Below are positions 18,075 to 28,174 of a stretch of 64,000 bases of DNA, piece after piece. The position numbers and the translations under genes were made by a program. A model generated the notes under the pieces. That model searched no databases. It saw only the letters and a list, made by a program, of their open reading frames with translations, and was not told the origin of the DNA. The DNA is from an uncultured Alphaproteobacteria bacterium (GTDB lineage Bacteria > Pseudomonadota > Alphaproteobacteria > MPNO01 > UBA2964): the NCBI GenBank assembly GCA_951812775.1, contig OX638326.1, forward strand, positions 320,335 to 384,334, in the 5' to 3' direction. Each line of letters begins with the position of its first letter. Within the stretch, counting starts at the first letter, position 1.

Positions 18075-18869
18075 ATGCTGGTAGACAGCCACTGCCACCT
18101 GGATTTCGACAGCTTCGACGAAGATCGTGCTGAAACGATACAGCGGGCATTTGATGCCGGGGTTGGTATGCTCGTTACCATCTGTACACATTTCAGTAAA
18201 TTTGAAGAAATACTCGAGGTCGCAAAACTAGATACGAGAATTTATTGCTCTGTGGGTATTCATCCGCATCAGGTTGAGGAAGAACCAACTATCGCGCTCG
18301 AGAACCTGTTGGAAAGCGCAAAGCATCCCAAAGTAATCGGGATAGGGGAGACCGGACTGGACTATTATTACGATAAAAGTCCACGCGAAGACCAGAAATC
18401 CAGCTTTCGAACACACATCACTGCAGCCCGCGAAACGCAGCTACCCTTGATCGTACATACCAGAGATGCCGACGACGATATGGCTGCCATTCTTCGAGAG
18501 GAAATGCAGATCGGGTCCTTTCCATGCGTTTTACATTGTTTTTCCAGTGGCCGTGCTCTTGCTGAAACTGCGATTGATCTCGGGTTTTATCTGTCTTTGT
18601 CCGGTATTTTGACGTTCAAGAACGCTGGAGAGCTCCGCGGGATCATCCGTGATATGCCTGTCGATCGGTTGCTTGTTGAAACAGATTCACCTTATTTAGC
18701 ACCGGTTCCAAATCGAGGAAAAAGAAATGAGCCTTCCTTCGTGGTGCACACCGCGGAAAAGGCTTCTGAAATCAAAGGGTTGGCCCCTAAAACTTTTTCC
18801 GATACCACAACAGAAAACTTTTTCCGACTGTTTACAAAAGCACAATCAGAACAAGGCGCTCCGCAATGA
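18075..18869 (+). CDS. tatD: TatD family DNase
   Basis: DSHCHL, GIHPH, IGETGLDY, HCF, ETDSPYLAP motifs. Confidence 0.95.
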   Translation: MLVDSHCHLDFDSFDEDRAETIQRAFDAGVGMLVTICTHFSKFEEILEVAKLDTRIYCSVGIHPHQVEEEPTIALENLLESAKHPKVIGIGETGLDYYYDKSPREDQKSSFRTHITAARETQLPLIVHTRDADDDMAAILREEMQIGSFPCVLHCFSSGRALAETAIDLGFYLSLSGILTFKNAGELRGIIRDMPVDRLLVETDSPYLAPVPNRGKRNEPSFVVHTAEKASEIKGLAPKTFSDTTTENFFRLFTKAQSEQGAPQ

Positions 18870-19553
18870 GGGTCACAGTCCTTGGGTGCGGCCCATCAAG
18901 CGCGGCGTACCAACCATCACCGGTGACTGGGGCTCCTGCGACCCTAAAAATCCTAAAAATCGTCGTCGGCGGCCGTCAATATTGATGCGGTCCTTTATAC
19001 CCATGAACATGCAGATCATGTGATGGGAATCGATGATTTAAGAGGTATTCAGCGGCATATGGACCGAAAGATTGATGTCTACGCGGAAAAACCTGTACTC
19101 GAAAGTTTAAAACTCAGGTTCGGTTATCTTTTCGAAGGCATCCAGGATTCTGAAGATTTGTACCGACCAATCCTCATACCGCATGAAATTCCTGCTGAAC
19201 GATTTAGCGTTGGACCATTTCTTTTCGAGGCAATCCAACAGGATCACGGCATATGCACGTCCTTGGGCTTTCGTATGGACGAATTTGCCTATTCTACGGA
19301 TGTCGTCCGGTTGTCCGAAGAGGCGTTCGCGTCACTTGACGGCATTAAGACATGGATTGTTGATAGTTTACGTGATGGCGGTGAACACCCGACACATGCA
19401 AATCTAGAAACAACGCTGACCTGGATTAGCAGGGTCGGGGCATCAAAAGCATATTTGACTCATATGAACTTTCAAACCGACTATGAAACGCTGCGTAATC
19501 GGCTTCCACATGGAGTAGAGCCTGCATATGACGGCTTGGTTTTAGAGTTATAG
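18866..19553 (+). pseudogene. MBL-fold metallo-hydrolase (PhnP-like), frameshifted with an internal deletion
   Basis: MRVTVLGCGPSS, frameshift to GVPTITGDWGSCDPKNPKNRRRRPSIL, then a jump to DAVLYTHEHADHVMGIDDLR. The usual ID(T)xPDxRxQ segment is missing. C-terminus HPTH...LTHM...PAYDG is intact. Confidence 0.8.
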
Positions 19554-19583
19554 CTAAGACATTGATCTTAAATGGATATAATA

Positions 19584-19611
19584 ATTATTCATAATATATA
19601 TTATGCGACAA
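19584..19611 (-). other. Candidate chromosomal dif site (XerC/XerD recombination site)
   Basis: Minus strand TTGTCGCATAA-TATATA-TTATGAATAAT, compared with E. coli dif GGTGCGCATAA-TGTATA-TTATGTTAAAT (11-6-11). Intergenic, near the point where gene orientation converges. Confidence 0.75.
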
Positions 19612-19664
19612 TTGTTAGTATGACCTGGTATATCCCTCTCCAATAAATGATCATCTGAACTCCC

Positions 19665-20462
19665 ATGCAAAAACCCAGATCAATCGACCGGCTACTCAAA
19701 ATTATGGAGGATTTAAGAAATCCGGAAACTGGATGCCCATGGGACAAGGAACAAACTTTTGAAACTATTGCGCCCTATACAATCGAGGAAGCCTACGAAG
19801 TCGCCGACGCTATAAAAAACAACGATCAACAATCCCTGAAGGACGAGTTAGGTGATTTACTCTTTCAGCTCGTTTTTTACGCCCAGATGTCAAAAGAAGA
19901 TGGTGGTTATGATTTCGATGATATCGCCGACACGATCTCCGATAAAATGGTTCGAAGACATCCCCATTTATTCGGAACACCTGAACCCCGTACGGCGGAA
20001 GCCCAAACTGTCGCCTGGGAAGAACAAAAAGCTCTGGAACGCGCCGAAAACACAAATGAAAAGGGTGCTCTAGACGGTGTCGCACGTGCCTTACCCGCCC
20101 TACTTCGTGCGCAAAAACTTCAAAAACGTGCTGCTCGCGTGGGATTTGACTGGAAATCATTAGATCCCGTTATTGAAAAAATTCAGGAAGAGATAGAAGA
20201 AGTCACTGACGCACTAAAAAACCCCGATAATGCGGCACATGTGAGCGAAGAAATTGGCGATTTGTTGTTTGCCTGTGTGAACTTAGCCAGACATGCAGGA
20301 GTCGATGCCGAACAGGCGCTTATGTCAGGCAACGACAAGTTTCAACGCCGATTCCAATCCATCGAGGACCGTGTTCAAAAATCCGGAAAAACCGTTGAAG
20401 AATGCTCGTTGGTTGAATTAGAGGAGTATTGGAATGCGGCGAAATCCGAAGAACGCAATTAG
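19665..20462 (+). CDS. mazG: Nucleoside triphosphate pyrophosphohydrolase MazG
   Basis: GCPWDKEQT, EEAYEV, ELGDLL, RRHPH; second EEIGDLLF domain. Confidence 0.96.
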   Translation: MQKPRSIDRLLKIMEDLRNPETGCPWDKEQTFETIAPYTIEEAYEVADAIKNNDQQSLKDELGDLLFQLVFYAQMSKEDGGYDFDDIADTISDKMVRRHPHLFGTPEPRTAEAQTVAWEEQKALERAENTNEKGALDGVARALPALLRAQKLQKRAARVGFDWKSLDPVIEKIQEEIEEVTDALKNPDNAAHVSEEIGDLLFACVNLARHAGVDAEQALMSGNDKFQRRFQSIEDRVQKSGKTVEECSLVELEEYWNAAKSEERN

Positions 20463-21337
20463 GCGAGTCCTAAACGCATCATAAGGCTCGATGTATCCGC
20501 CCTATTGCCGCCCATTTCCTGCACTTCTTTATAAAATTGGTCGACGATCGCTGTAACAGGTAGATTAGCGCCGTTTCTATTTGCCTCATTGAGACAAATC
20601 CCCAGATCTTTTCTCATCCAATCAACGGCGAACCCAAAATCAAACTCATTCCGCAGCATCGTTTTTCCGCGGTTTTCCATCTGCCAGGATTGCGCCGCTC
20701 CTTTTGAGATGACATCAACGACCTGATCGCCATTTAGTCCGGCCTTTTGTGCAAAATTTAGCCCCTCTGCGAGAGCCTGAACCAGACCAGCAATGCATAT
20801 TTGATTGACCATTTTAGTGAGTTGGCCAGCGCCAGCGTCTCCCATAAGGGTAACGGCCTGAGCGTAACTCTTCATCGGCAATTTTGCCCGGTCAAAAGCG
20901 CTGCTATCTCCACCCACCATAACCGTAAGAGCCCCCTGCTCCGCTCCAGCTTGTCCACCCGACACAGGTGCGTCGAGAAAATGGAGGCCCACGTTTTTTG
21001 CCTGGTCATGCAGCTCACGCGCAACCATTGCGGAAGTTGTCGTATGATCCACCATAGCCGCCCCCGACTTCATGCCAGCAAGGATCCCGTCGTCTCCATA
21101 CGTCACTTCCCGTAGATCGTCGTCGTTTCCGACACAGCTAAATATGAAATCGGCATTCTCTGCGGCGGCTCTGGGAGAATCCGCTCTATGCCCCTCAAAT
21201 TCTTCACACCATTTTTCTGATTTCGCTTTGGTACGATTATAGACAGTGACGTTATAACCATTCGAAGCCAAATGACCGGCCATGGGGTAACCCATTACGC
21301 CCAAGCCAACAAAAGCAGCGTTTTTTCTTTCAGACAT
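20459..21337 (-). CDS. NAD(P)-dependent oxidoreductase, 3-hydroxyisobutyrate/2-hydroxy-3-oxopropionate reductase family
   Basis: FVGLGVMGYPMA, DAPVSGG, KMVNQ motifs. Confidence 0.92.
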   Translation of the reverse strand: MSERKNAAFVGLGVMGYPMAGHLASNGYNVTVYNRTKAKSEKWCEEFEGHRADSPRAAAENADFIFSCVGNDDDLREVTYGDDGILAGMKSGAAMVDHTTTSAMVARELHDQAKNVGLHFLDAPVSGGQAGAEQGALTVMVGGDSSAFDRAKLPMKSYAQAVTLMGDAGAGQLTKMVNQICIAGLVQALAEGLNFAQKAGLNGDQVVDVISKGAAQSWQMENRGKTMLRNEFDFGFAVDWMRKDLGICLNEANRNGANLPVTAIVDQFYKEVQEMGGNRADTSSLMMRLGLA

Positions 21338-21345
21338 TCTGTTCC

Positions 21346-22146
21346 CTAGTTAGGTAGCGTTGCAAAGACTGGATCAATGGCTTCTGCAACTATATTCCAA
21401 GAGTTTTGATCTCGAGCCGAAAGTAACCCTTTCGAAGGCATATCTCCGGGTTGATATCGGGTTCCGTCGAGGCAGGCAACAAATCCTCCAGCTTCACGAA
21501 CGATAAGATCTCCAGCGGCATGATCCCAAGGTTTCAGACGCCGAAAATGCGCGAAATCGAGTTTTCCTCTTGCCATGTCCAAGTACTCCATTCCACAGCA
21601 ACTGGCGTTGCTAAGATCAGCAAAACGCTCCTGCATTCCGGCAAACTCCCTAAATCTCCGCCCAAGTGACCCACGCATCTCGCTTTCGTTCGGACCACCA
21701 GATATCTGAAGACGCACATCACCAAGCCAAGCCCCCTCTCCTTCTTCTGCATTGATCATAAGCCCGTGGATAGGGGCGTAGATCCACCCCGCCCGGATGT
21801 TTTTTGAAACCGACAATGCGACGATTACGGCAAAATCTTCACTGCCCTTTGCGAAATTATTTGTGCCGTCCAGCGGATCAATAATCCAGACAGGAGCGTC
21901 TTGCTCCAGGCACAGATAAGGTTGTTCCTGACTTGCCGCACTCTCTTCACCAAGGACCAGGGAACCAGGCAATAGTTCAACAAGGACCCGAGATAAGAAC
22001 TTCTCGCTTTCAATATCGGCGACTGTTACCAGCCCCCCTATTTTCTTGTGCCATTTCTCATCTTTTTCCAAGGCCCGAAATCGCGGCAAAATTTTAGCGT
22101 CAGCAACCTCCTGCAGAAATTCGAAAACACGCGTGACGTCAACCAA
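21346..22146 (-). CDS. Inositol monophosphatase family protein
   Basis: LVTVAD, GEE, WIIDPLDGTNNF, PWDHAAG motifs. Confidence 0.93.
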   Translation of the reverse strand: MVDVTRVFEFLQEVADAKILPRFRALEKDEKWHKKIGGLVTVADIESEKFLSRVLVELLPGSLVLGEESAASQEQPYLCLEQDAPVWIIDPLDGTNNFAKGSEDFAVIVALSVSKNIRAGWIYAPIHGLMINAEEGEGAWLGDVRLQISGGPNESEMRGSLGRRFREFAGMQERFADLSNASCCGMEYLDMARGKLDFAHFRRLKPWDHAAGDLIVREAGGFVACLDGTRYQPGDMPSKGLLSARDQNSWNIVAEAIDPVFATLPN

Positions 22147-22151
22147 TACAT

Positions 22152-23456
22152 TTACACCGATTTGGTAGTAATTGCCGAAAAACGGTGTTCGAACCGTGCG
22201 ATATCAATTGCGTCCAACCCTACTCTAAAATGGGTTTGGTTCTCTTCATCCCGCCTGTCCAACACCTCTCCCCGATCATAAAGCCAGGCCATTGCTTCCC
22301 CATCTGAAAACGCCAAAGAAACCTCGACAACAGATCGGTCAGCATTCAATCGAAGGTCAATCAGCTCAAGAAGCGCGTCGCACCCTAGCCCACTTGCTGC
22401 TGACAAAGGAATTTCGTTTTCATTTCGTCCCGAACGAACCTGTTCCGTCGTCCTATCATCCTCACCCAAAAGGTCAATTTTGTTCCGTACTTCGACCATT
22501 TTTTCCAGACGGTTTTGCGCGACTCCCAATTCTTCCAAAACATCTAGCACATCTGATTTTTGGGCATCGGAATCAGGGTGTGAAACATCACGAACATGAA
22601 GGATCAAGTCTGCCTCAAGTACTTCTTCGAGGGTCGCCCTGAACGCTGCAATTAATGACGTTGGGAGCGACGACACAAATCCAACTGTGTCTGAAATAAT
22701 AATTTTTCTTCCCGATGGTAATGTTACATCGCGCATCGTCGGATCAAGCGTCGCGAAGAGCTGATCAGCGGCCATCACACCGGCGCCCGTCACACGATTG
22801 AACAAGGTCGATTTTCCAGCGTTTGTATAGCCGACGAGTGCAACAACCGGATACGGCACCCGTTTACGGGCCTGACGATGCAGTCCACGTGTCCGTGTCA
22901 CGCGAGATAACCCCCTTTTAATCCGGGTTATGCGGTCATCAATTTGCCGTCTATCGGCTTCAATCTGGGTTTCGCCAGGTCCTCCCAAAAACCCAAAACC
23001 GCCACGTTGACGTTCCAAATGAGTCCAACTGCGAACCAGCCGGCTTCGCTGGTAAGACAAATGCGCTAGTTCGACTTGTAACCGCCCTTCGCGTGTTCGA
23101 GCCCTGGCCCCAAATATTTCAAGAATGAGCCCGGTTCTATCCACCACTTTGCATGACCATGCGGTTTCAAGGTTACGCTGCTGAATGGGGGTTAACGCCG
23201 AATCCACGACGACAATACCGACATGGTCGGCTTCGATTACCGATTTGTAGCTATCAACAGCGCCCTGCCCCAACAAGGTTCCGGGACGCGGCTTGTTCAA
23301 AGTGACTACGTCTGCATGACGGACATCCAGGTCAATCGCGCGCGTTAACCCCACTGCTTCATCCAGGCAGGCGTCAGCATCGCGACTTATACCGTTTAGT
23401 GATCTCCGGTTTGGGTAGAGAACAATCGCCCGTTCGGTCTCTTGCAGATTCCCCAC
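22152..23456 (-). CDS. hflX: GTPase HflX
   Basis: THLERQRGG, GYTNAGKS, LFATLDPT, DTVGF, NKID. Confidence 0.97.
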   Translation of the reverse strand: MGNLQETERAIVLYPNRRSLNGISRDADACLDEAVGLTRAIDLDVRHADVVTLNKPRPGTLLGQGAVDSYKSVIEADHVGIVVVDSALTPIQQRNLETAWSCKVVDRTGLILEIFGARARTREGRLQVELAHLSYQRSRLVRSWTHLERQRGGFGFLGGPGETQIEADRRQIDDRITRIKRGLSRVTRTRGLHRQARKRVPYPVVALVGYTNAGKSTLFNRVTGAGVMAADQLFATLDPTMRDVTLPSGRKIIISDTVGFVSSLPTSLIAAFRATLEEVLEADLILHVRDVSHPDSDAQKSDVLDVLEELGVAQNRLEKMVEVRNKIDLLGEDDRTTEQVRSGRNENEIPLSAASGLGCDALLELIDLRLNADRSVVEVSLAFSDGEAMAWLYDRGEVLDRRDEENQTHFRVGLDAIDIARFEHRFSAITTKSV

Positions 23457-23469
23457 TCTTTACGCTGGA

Positions 23470-23739
23470 TCAATCATTCTCGTCGAGGGGACCACCAACC
23501 TCTGCATCTTCGTCATCCCATAGCTGCACAGGGGATACCGGCATTACTGTCGATATGGCGTGCTTATAGACCAGCTGAGAATGACCATCACGCCGCAAAA
23601 GAACGCAAAGGTTATCAAACCAGGTAATTATACCCTGAAGCTTCACACCATTTACGAGAAATACTGTTACCGGAGACTTGTTTTTTCGGACATTGTTCAG
23701 GAATACGTCCTGCAAATTTTCTTTTTTATCAGTCATCAT
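23470..23739 (-). CDS. hfq: RNA chaperone Hfq
   Basis: [27 protein letters not shown]; upstream of hflX. Confidence 0.97.
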   Translation of the reverse strand: MMTDKKENLQDVFLNNVRKNKSPVTVFLVNGVKLQGIITWFDNLCVLLRRDGHSQLVYKHAISTVMPVSPVQLWDDEDAEVGGPLDEND

Positions 23740-23849
23740 TCTTTTCTTTCGCTCTTGGCTCCTATAGGAGCACGACGACAATTTTATACGATGCTGCTCT
23801 GGAGTGTTACCAACCGCACCTCAAAACACCACCTATAGAATATGGATGA

Positions 23850-24503
23850 CTATAGCTTCGGGGCAAGGGTCGTAAGCATATCGCAGCTGGAAAAATGCAA
23901 TTCAGGCATAAATTCTCCAAATTCCTGCGGTTTTGGCGGTAAATTTCGCATCAAAATGGGCAAACACCCTGAATTATAAGCACATTCCATATCAATTTTG
24001 GTGTCGCCAACAAACCAGACGTCAGAACCCGGTTCAATTTCACTCCCCTGAAGGGCCATTATTACCGGTTCTATTGCAGGTTTGTCATTTTTTGCATCCA
24101 TCGCGCCCACGATCCGGCCAAAATAACCGCACCAACCCAAATGATCCGCTTCACGGCGCAAATTTTCGCCAGATTTATTGCTGACGACCCCCAAATAAAT
24201 GTCCTTATCATGAAGGGATTGCAATAAATTCTCTGCCCCGTCCAAGACCTCTAGCCGTTCCAGATGAATTTTTCTGAACCGTTCATAAAAAATATCACGG
24301 GCCTTCTCCCACCTGTCGCCAAACAGATCCGGAAACGCCTCACGTAAAGACCGTCTCACCCGCTCTTTCGTTTCGTCGATTGACCAAAGTGGAAACCCCA
24401 TATGTTCCAAGGTCGTATTCATGGAATCGTGTATAACGGGCCACGTATCAACCAACGTATTGTCCCAATCAAAAATTACCGCTGCAGGACGTTGTAGTCT
24501 CAT
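23850..24503 (-). CDS. HAD family hydrolase (phosphoglycolate phosphatase-like)
   Basis: FDWDNTL, SNK, KP, VGD...D motifs. Confidence 0.9.
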   Translation of the reverse strand: MRLQRPAAVIFDWDNTLVDTWPVIHDSMNTTLEHMGFPLWSIDETKERVRRSLREAFPDLFGDRWEKARDIFYERFRKIHLERLEVLDGAENLLQSLHDKDIYLGVVSNKSGENLRREADHLGWCGYFGRIVGAMDAKNDKPAIEPVIMALQGSEIEPGSDVWFVGDTKIDMECAYNSGCLPILMRNLPPKPQEFGEFMPELHFSSCDMLTTLAPKL

Positions 24504-25363
24504 AGCTTTTCGCTCTTGGCGAAGTGCTCTTGATACAAAGCCAAAAGATTTTTCGTTACATCACCGGGTTTACCCGAGCCGATTTTCTTTCCATCTATAT
24601 TTATGACAGGCATGACAAATGAAGTCGTGCTGGTGATAAAGGCTTCTTCGGCATTCAGCGCTTCATCTACGGTAAAAATTCGTTCGGTGACGCGTAGATT
24701 CCCCTCTTGCGCCAGCTCCATCAATTTCATTCGTGTAATCCCGGCCAGAATGTCATGCCCAAGAGGTCGGGTAATAATTTCCTGTCCCTCAACAACTATC
24801 CAGGCATTAGTAGAGGAGCCCTCCGTAATACCCTGTTCACTATCCACAAACCATGTTTCAAATGCACCATTTAGAACAGCAAACTGTTTAGCCAAAACAT
24901 TGGGTAAAAGAGATACTGATTTTATATCTGGTCGCCGCCACCTGTTCTTCGGCATCGTCACAACCTTTACACCTTCAGAAAAAGCTTTTGCCGAAGGCCC
25001 CGCAGTACGGCTGGTTGTAACCACCAAAGAAGGGCGTGTTTTTGCTATCGGAAATGCATGATTTCTACTGGCAACGCCACGGGTGATTTGAAGATAAACA
25101 ATTCCATTTTCCAACCGATTTCGTTTGACCAATTGCGCCAGAATTATCTTTAGAACCCGGGCGCTGCAAGGCCATTCGATTTCAAGATTCGAAAGAGAGC
25201 TTTCCAGCCTTGTCAAATGAGGTTCCAGATCGACCAAACGTGAACCGGCGACAGCGATGACTTCGTAGACACCATCGGCGAATTGGTATCCACGATCCTC
25301 CACATTCACCGTAGCATCACGAGTGGGCACATAGCGCCCATTTACATACGCAACTTCAGACAT
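24500..25363 (-). CDS. dat: D-amino acid transaminase (PLP class IV)
   Basis: DRGYQFADGVYEV, DIKSVSLL, EGSSTN, ILAGITR. Confidence 0.9.
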   Translation of the reverse strand: MSEVAYVNGRYVPTRDATVNVEDRGYQFADGVYEVIAVAGSRLVDLEPHLTRLESSLSNLEIEWPCSARVLKIILAQLVKRNRLENGIVYLQITRGVASRNHAFPIAKTRPSLVVTTSRTAGPSAKAFSEGVKVVTMPKNRWRRPDIKSVSLLPNVLAKQFAVLNGAFETWFVDSEQGITEGSSTNAWIVVEGQEIITRPLGHDILAGITRMKLMELAQEGNLRVTERIFTVDEALNAEEAFITSTTSFVMPVINIDGKKIGSGKPGDVTKNLLALYQEHFAKSEKL

Positions 25364-25371
25364 TTGATTTT

Positions 25372-26748
25372 CTAAAAGAACTCAAGACGAACGGCGAAGA
25401 GGCTTTCAATGGCCTTAATTGCCTCCGCTTTGGCAAATAACACCACACGGTCATTCACTTGCAGGACCGTGTTTGCTCTCGGAATGATGACTTCATCGCC
25501 ACGAACAATGCCACCCAATAAAACGCCGTCTGGAAGTTCAGCATCTCTAATGGATTTCCCTGTTAGACCGGAGGTTTCTAAAATTTCAGCTTCAATAAGC
25601 TCACCGAATCCATCTATCAGAGAATGAACCGCTTTAATTCGGCCGCGCCTGACATGCTGAAGGATCGTCGACACCGTAATTGCGCGGGGACTTACAACAA
25701 CATCCACCCCAAGTGACGTCACCAATGGCGAATAAGTGGTATTATTAACGAGCGTAATTGCCCGTTCCGTACCAAATCGCTTAGCTAACAATGATGCCAA
25801 TATGTTCGTTTCGTCATCATTTGTAACAGCAATAATTGCTTCGCTTTCGTCTACGCCAGCCTCATCGAGAATTTCGGGGTCAATAACATCGCCATTTATG
25901 ACCACCGTTCCTTCTAACAAATCCGCAACTTGATGAGATCGATCACTGTTTGCTTCAATTATCCTCGCAGAAACGCCATTGTGCTCATTTTCAATGATTT
26001 CCCCAAGAAACGCACCAATATGACCACCGCCAGCAATGATGACACGTCGTGCGATACGTTCTTCATGTCCAAAAACCGTCATCGCTCGCGAGACATGTGA
26101 TGAGTCAGCGACGAAGTATACTTCGTCACCCTCCAACAATTGATCATCTGCAGCGGGTACAATTCCTTCTCCGTCTCGGGAAATTGCGACAACAACGATG
26201 TTCAGATCCGGAAAAAGACCCGCGAGCTGACGTAAAGGCGTATTAATAACAGGGCAGTCGGCGTTACAACGCACGCCCATCATCCTGACCAAACCGTCGA
26301 CCAAAGAAATTGATTCGAAGGCGCCGGGAATTTGAAGTCGTCTAGAGATCGCCCGTGCGACTTCCATTTCCGGAGAAATGATTACGTCGATCGGCATGTG
26401 ATCTCTACTGAACAAATCTGCCCAAATTGGGTTTCGATAACTTTGATCTCTTACGCGCGCTATTTTCATCGGAACATTAAATAGAGAATGGGCAACCTGG
26501 CACGCGACCATGTTCACTTCATCGGCGTAAGTGACAGCGATTATCATATCAGCGTCCGCTGCGCCGGCGCACTCTAGGACATCCGGATGAGAACCAAAAC
26601 CAACAAATGCCTGTACGTCCAAAGCGTCGCCAACCCGGCGCACCAATTCCGGCGATTGATCTATAACAACCACGTCGTTTTGTTCTGCTGACAATTGTCG
26701 GGCAATGTGAAAACCCACTTGCCCGGCGCCGCTTACAATTATTTTCAT
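25372..26748 (-). CDS. trkA: Trk potassium transporter TrkA
   Basis: Two RCK_N/RCK_C repeats, GAGQVG, 458 aa. Confidence 0.96.
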   Translation of the reverse strand: MKIIVSGAGQVGFHIARQLSAEQNDVVVIDQSPELVRRVGDALDVQAFVGFGSHPDVLECAGAADADMIIAVTYADEVNMVACQVAHSLFNVPMKIARVRDQSYRNPIWADLFSRDHMPIDVIISPEMEVARAISRRLQIPGAFESISLVDGLVRMMGVRCNADCPVINTPLRQLAGLFPDLNIVVVAISRDGEGIVPAADDQLLEGDEVYFVADSSHVSRAMTVFGHEERIARRVIIAGGGHIGAFLGEIIENEHNGVSARIIEANSDRSHQVADLLEGTVVINGDVIDPEILDEAGVDESEAIIAVTNDDETNILASLLAKRFGTERAITLVNNTTYSPLVTSLGVDVVVSPRAITVSTILQHVRRGRIKAVHSLIDGFGELIEAEILETSGLTGKSIRDAELPDGVLLGGIVRGDEVIIPRANTVLQVNDRVVLFAKAEAIKAIESLFAVRLEFF

Positions 26749-26776
26749 TGAACTGTCGTTTCCTACGAGAGGTTTG

Positions 26777-28174
26777 CTAACCTCCCACCTCTTCTACCCG
26801 ATCATTTTCATTAACCCCAAGCGACTTTAACTTACGATGCAGGGCTGAGCGCTCCATTCCAACAAACTCTGCTGTTTTCGAAACATTGCCCCCAAACCTA
26901 GAAACCTGTGCCTTCAAATATTGTCTTTCGAATAGTTCCCTGGCGTCCCGAAGAGAGAGTGCCATGACCTCAGCACCTTCATCCCAACGCATAGAAGCTG
27001 GTGTTTGTGCGCCGATCTCCGGTGGTAAGGCATCGGCTGTTACAGCGTCTTCGCTGTTACCGCCAGCCATAATTAATATCCAGTCAACGACATTTCTTAG
27101 TTGTCGTACATTACCCGGCCATTCATAACTTTGCAGGCATGCCATGGCGTCATCAGCTATTTGTCTTTTGGGAATGCCGGCAGTCCTCGCGGCAACCTCC
27201 ATAAAATGCCCGATCAAAACTGAAACATCTTCAGGCCTTTCCTTTAACGCCGGGACCCTTATAGGCACAACACATAATCTGTAATATAGGTCTTCACGAA
27301 AATTGCCATTGGCCATCTCCTGTTGGAGATCCCTATTCGTGCTTGCTATCACGCGAACATTAACTTCAATGGGCTGAGTGCCTCCCACACGCTGGAACCT
27401 TTGCTCCTGCAGCACTCTTACGATTTTTCCTTGCGTTTCGAACGGCATGTCAGCCACTTCGTCTAATAACAAAATGCCGTCATTTGCCTGCTCGAATGTT
27501 CCCGGCACAATTGTTTGACCAGAGTCGTTTTCCGAACCAAACAGTTCCAGCTCCATCCGCTCAGGAGCCATCGTTGCACAATTTAAGACGATTAGGGGAC
27601 CACTACTTCTAGCGGATGCTCCGTGCAACAAACGCGCAACAACTTCTTTGCCTGCACCCGCAGGACCTGAAATAAGGACTCGGCTTTCCGTAGGCGCAAC
27701 GCGCTCAATCGCCCCCTTTAACTGGCTAACGGCAGTTGAATTCCCCACCAAAGGAACATCTCGTCCGGCAGACTGTCTTAGCTCCTCATTCTCCCGACGT
27801 AATCTCGCTGCATCAATAGCCCGCTCAGCTATGAGCAATAACCGATCAGCCTTAAACGGCTTTTCGATAAAGTCATAAGCACCGTTTTTGATCGCATTTA
27901 CGGCGGTTTCAATATCTGCGTGACCGCTGATCATGATTACCGGTAAATCGGGGAGCTCTGCTTTAACGGTTTCTAAAAGAGCAAGACCATCCATCCCGCT
28001 CCCTTGCAACCAAATATCCAAAATGATGAGATCAGATGGACGCTCTTCCAATGCTTTCAGGGCGACTTCGCTACTCTCCGCTTCGCGACAGCTATACCCT
28101 TCGTCGCGTAAAATCTCAGCGATCAAATGACGAATATCCGCTTCATCATCAACGACGAGAATATCAGGCATCAT
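26777..28174 (-). CDS. ntrX: Response regulator NtrX
   Basis: REC (LDIWL) + AAA+ lacking GAFTGA + HTH (GMERSALHRKLK); follows ntrY. Confidence 0.94.
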   Translation of the reverse strand: MMPDILVVDDEADIRHLIAEILRDEGYSCREAESSEVALKALEERPSDLIILDIWLQGSGMDGLALLETVKAELPDLPVIMISGHADIETAVNAIKNGAYDFIEKPFKADRLLLIAERAIDAARLRRENEELRQSAGRDVPLVGNSTAVSQLKGAIERVAPTESRVLISGPAGAGKEVVARLLHGASARSSGPLIVLNCATMAPERMELELFGSENDSGQTIVPGTFEQANDGILLLDEVADMPFETQGKIVRVLQEQRFQRVGGTQPIEVNVRVIASTNRDLQQEMANGNFREDLYYRLCVVPIRVPALKERPEDVSVLIGHFMEVAARTAGIPKRQIADDAMACLQSYEWPGNVRQLRNVVDWILIMAGGNSEDAVTADALPPEIGAQTPASMRWDEGAEVMALSLRDARELFERQYLKAQVSRFGGNVSKTAEFVGMERSALHRKLKSLGVNENDRVEEVGG

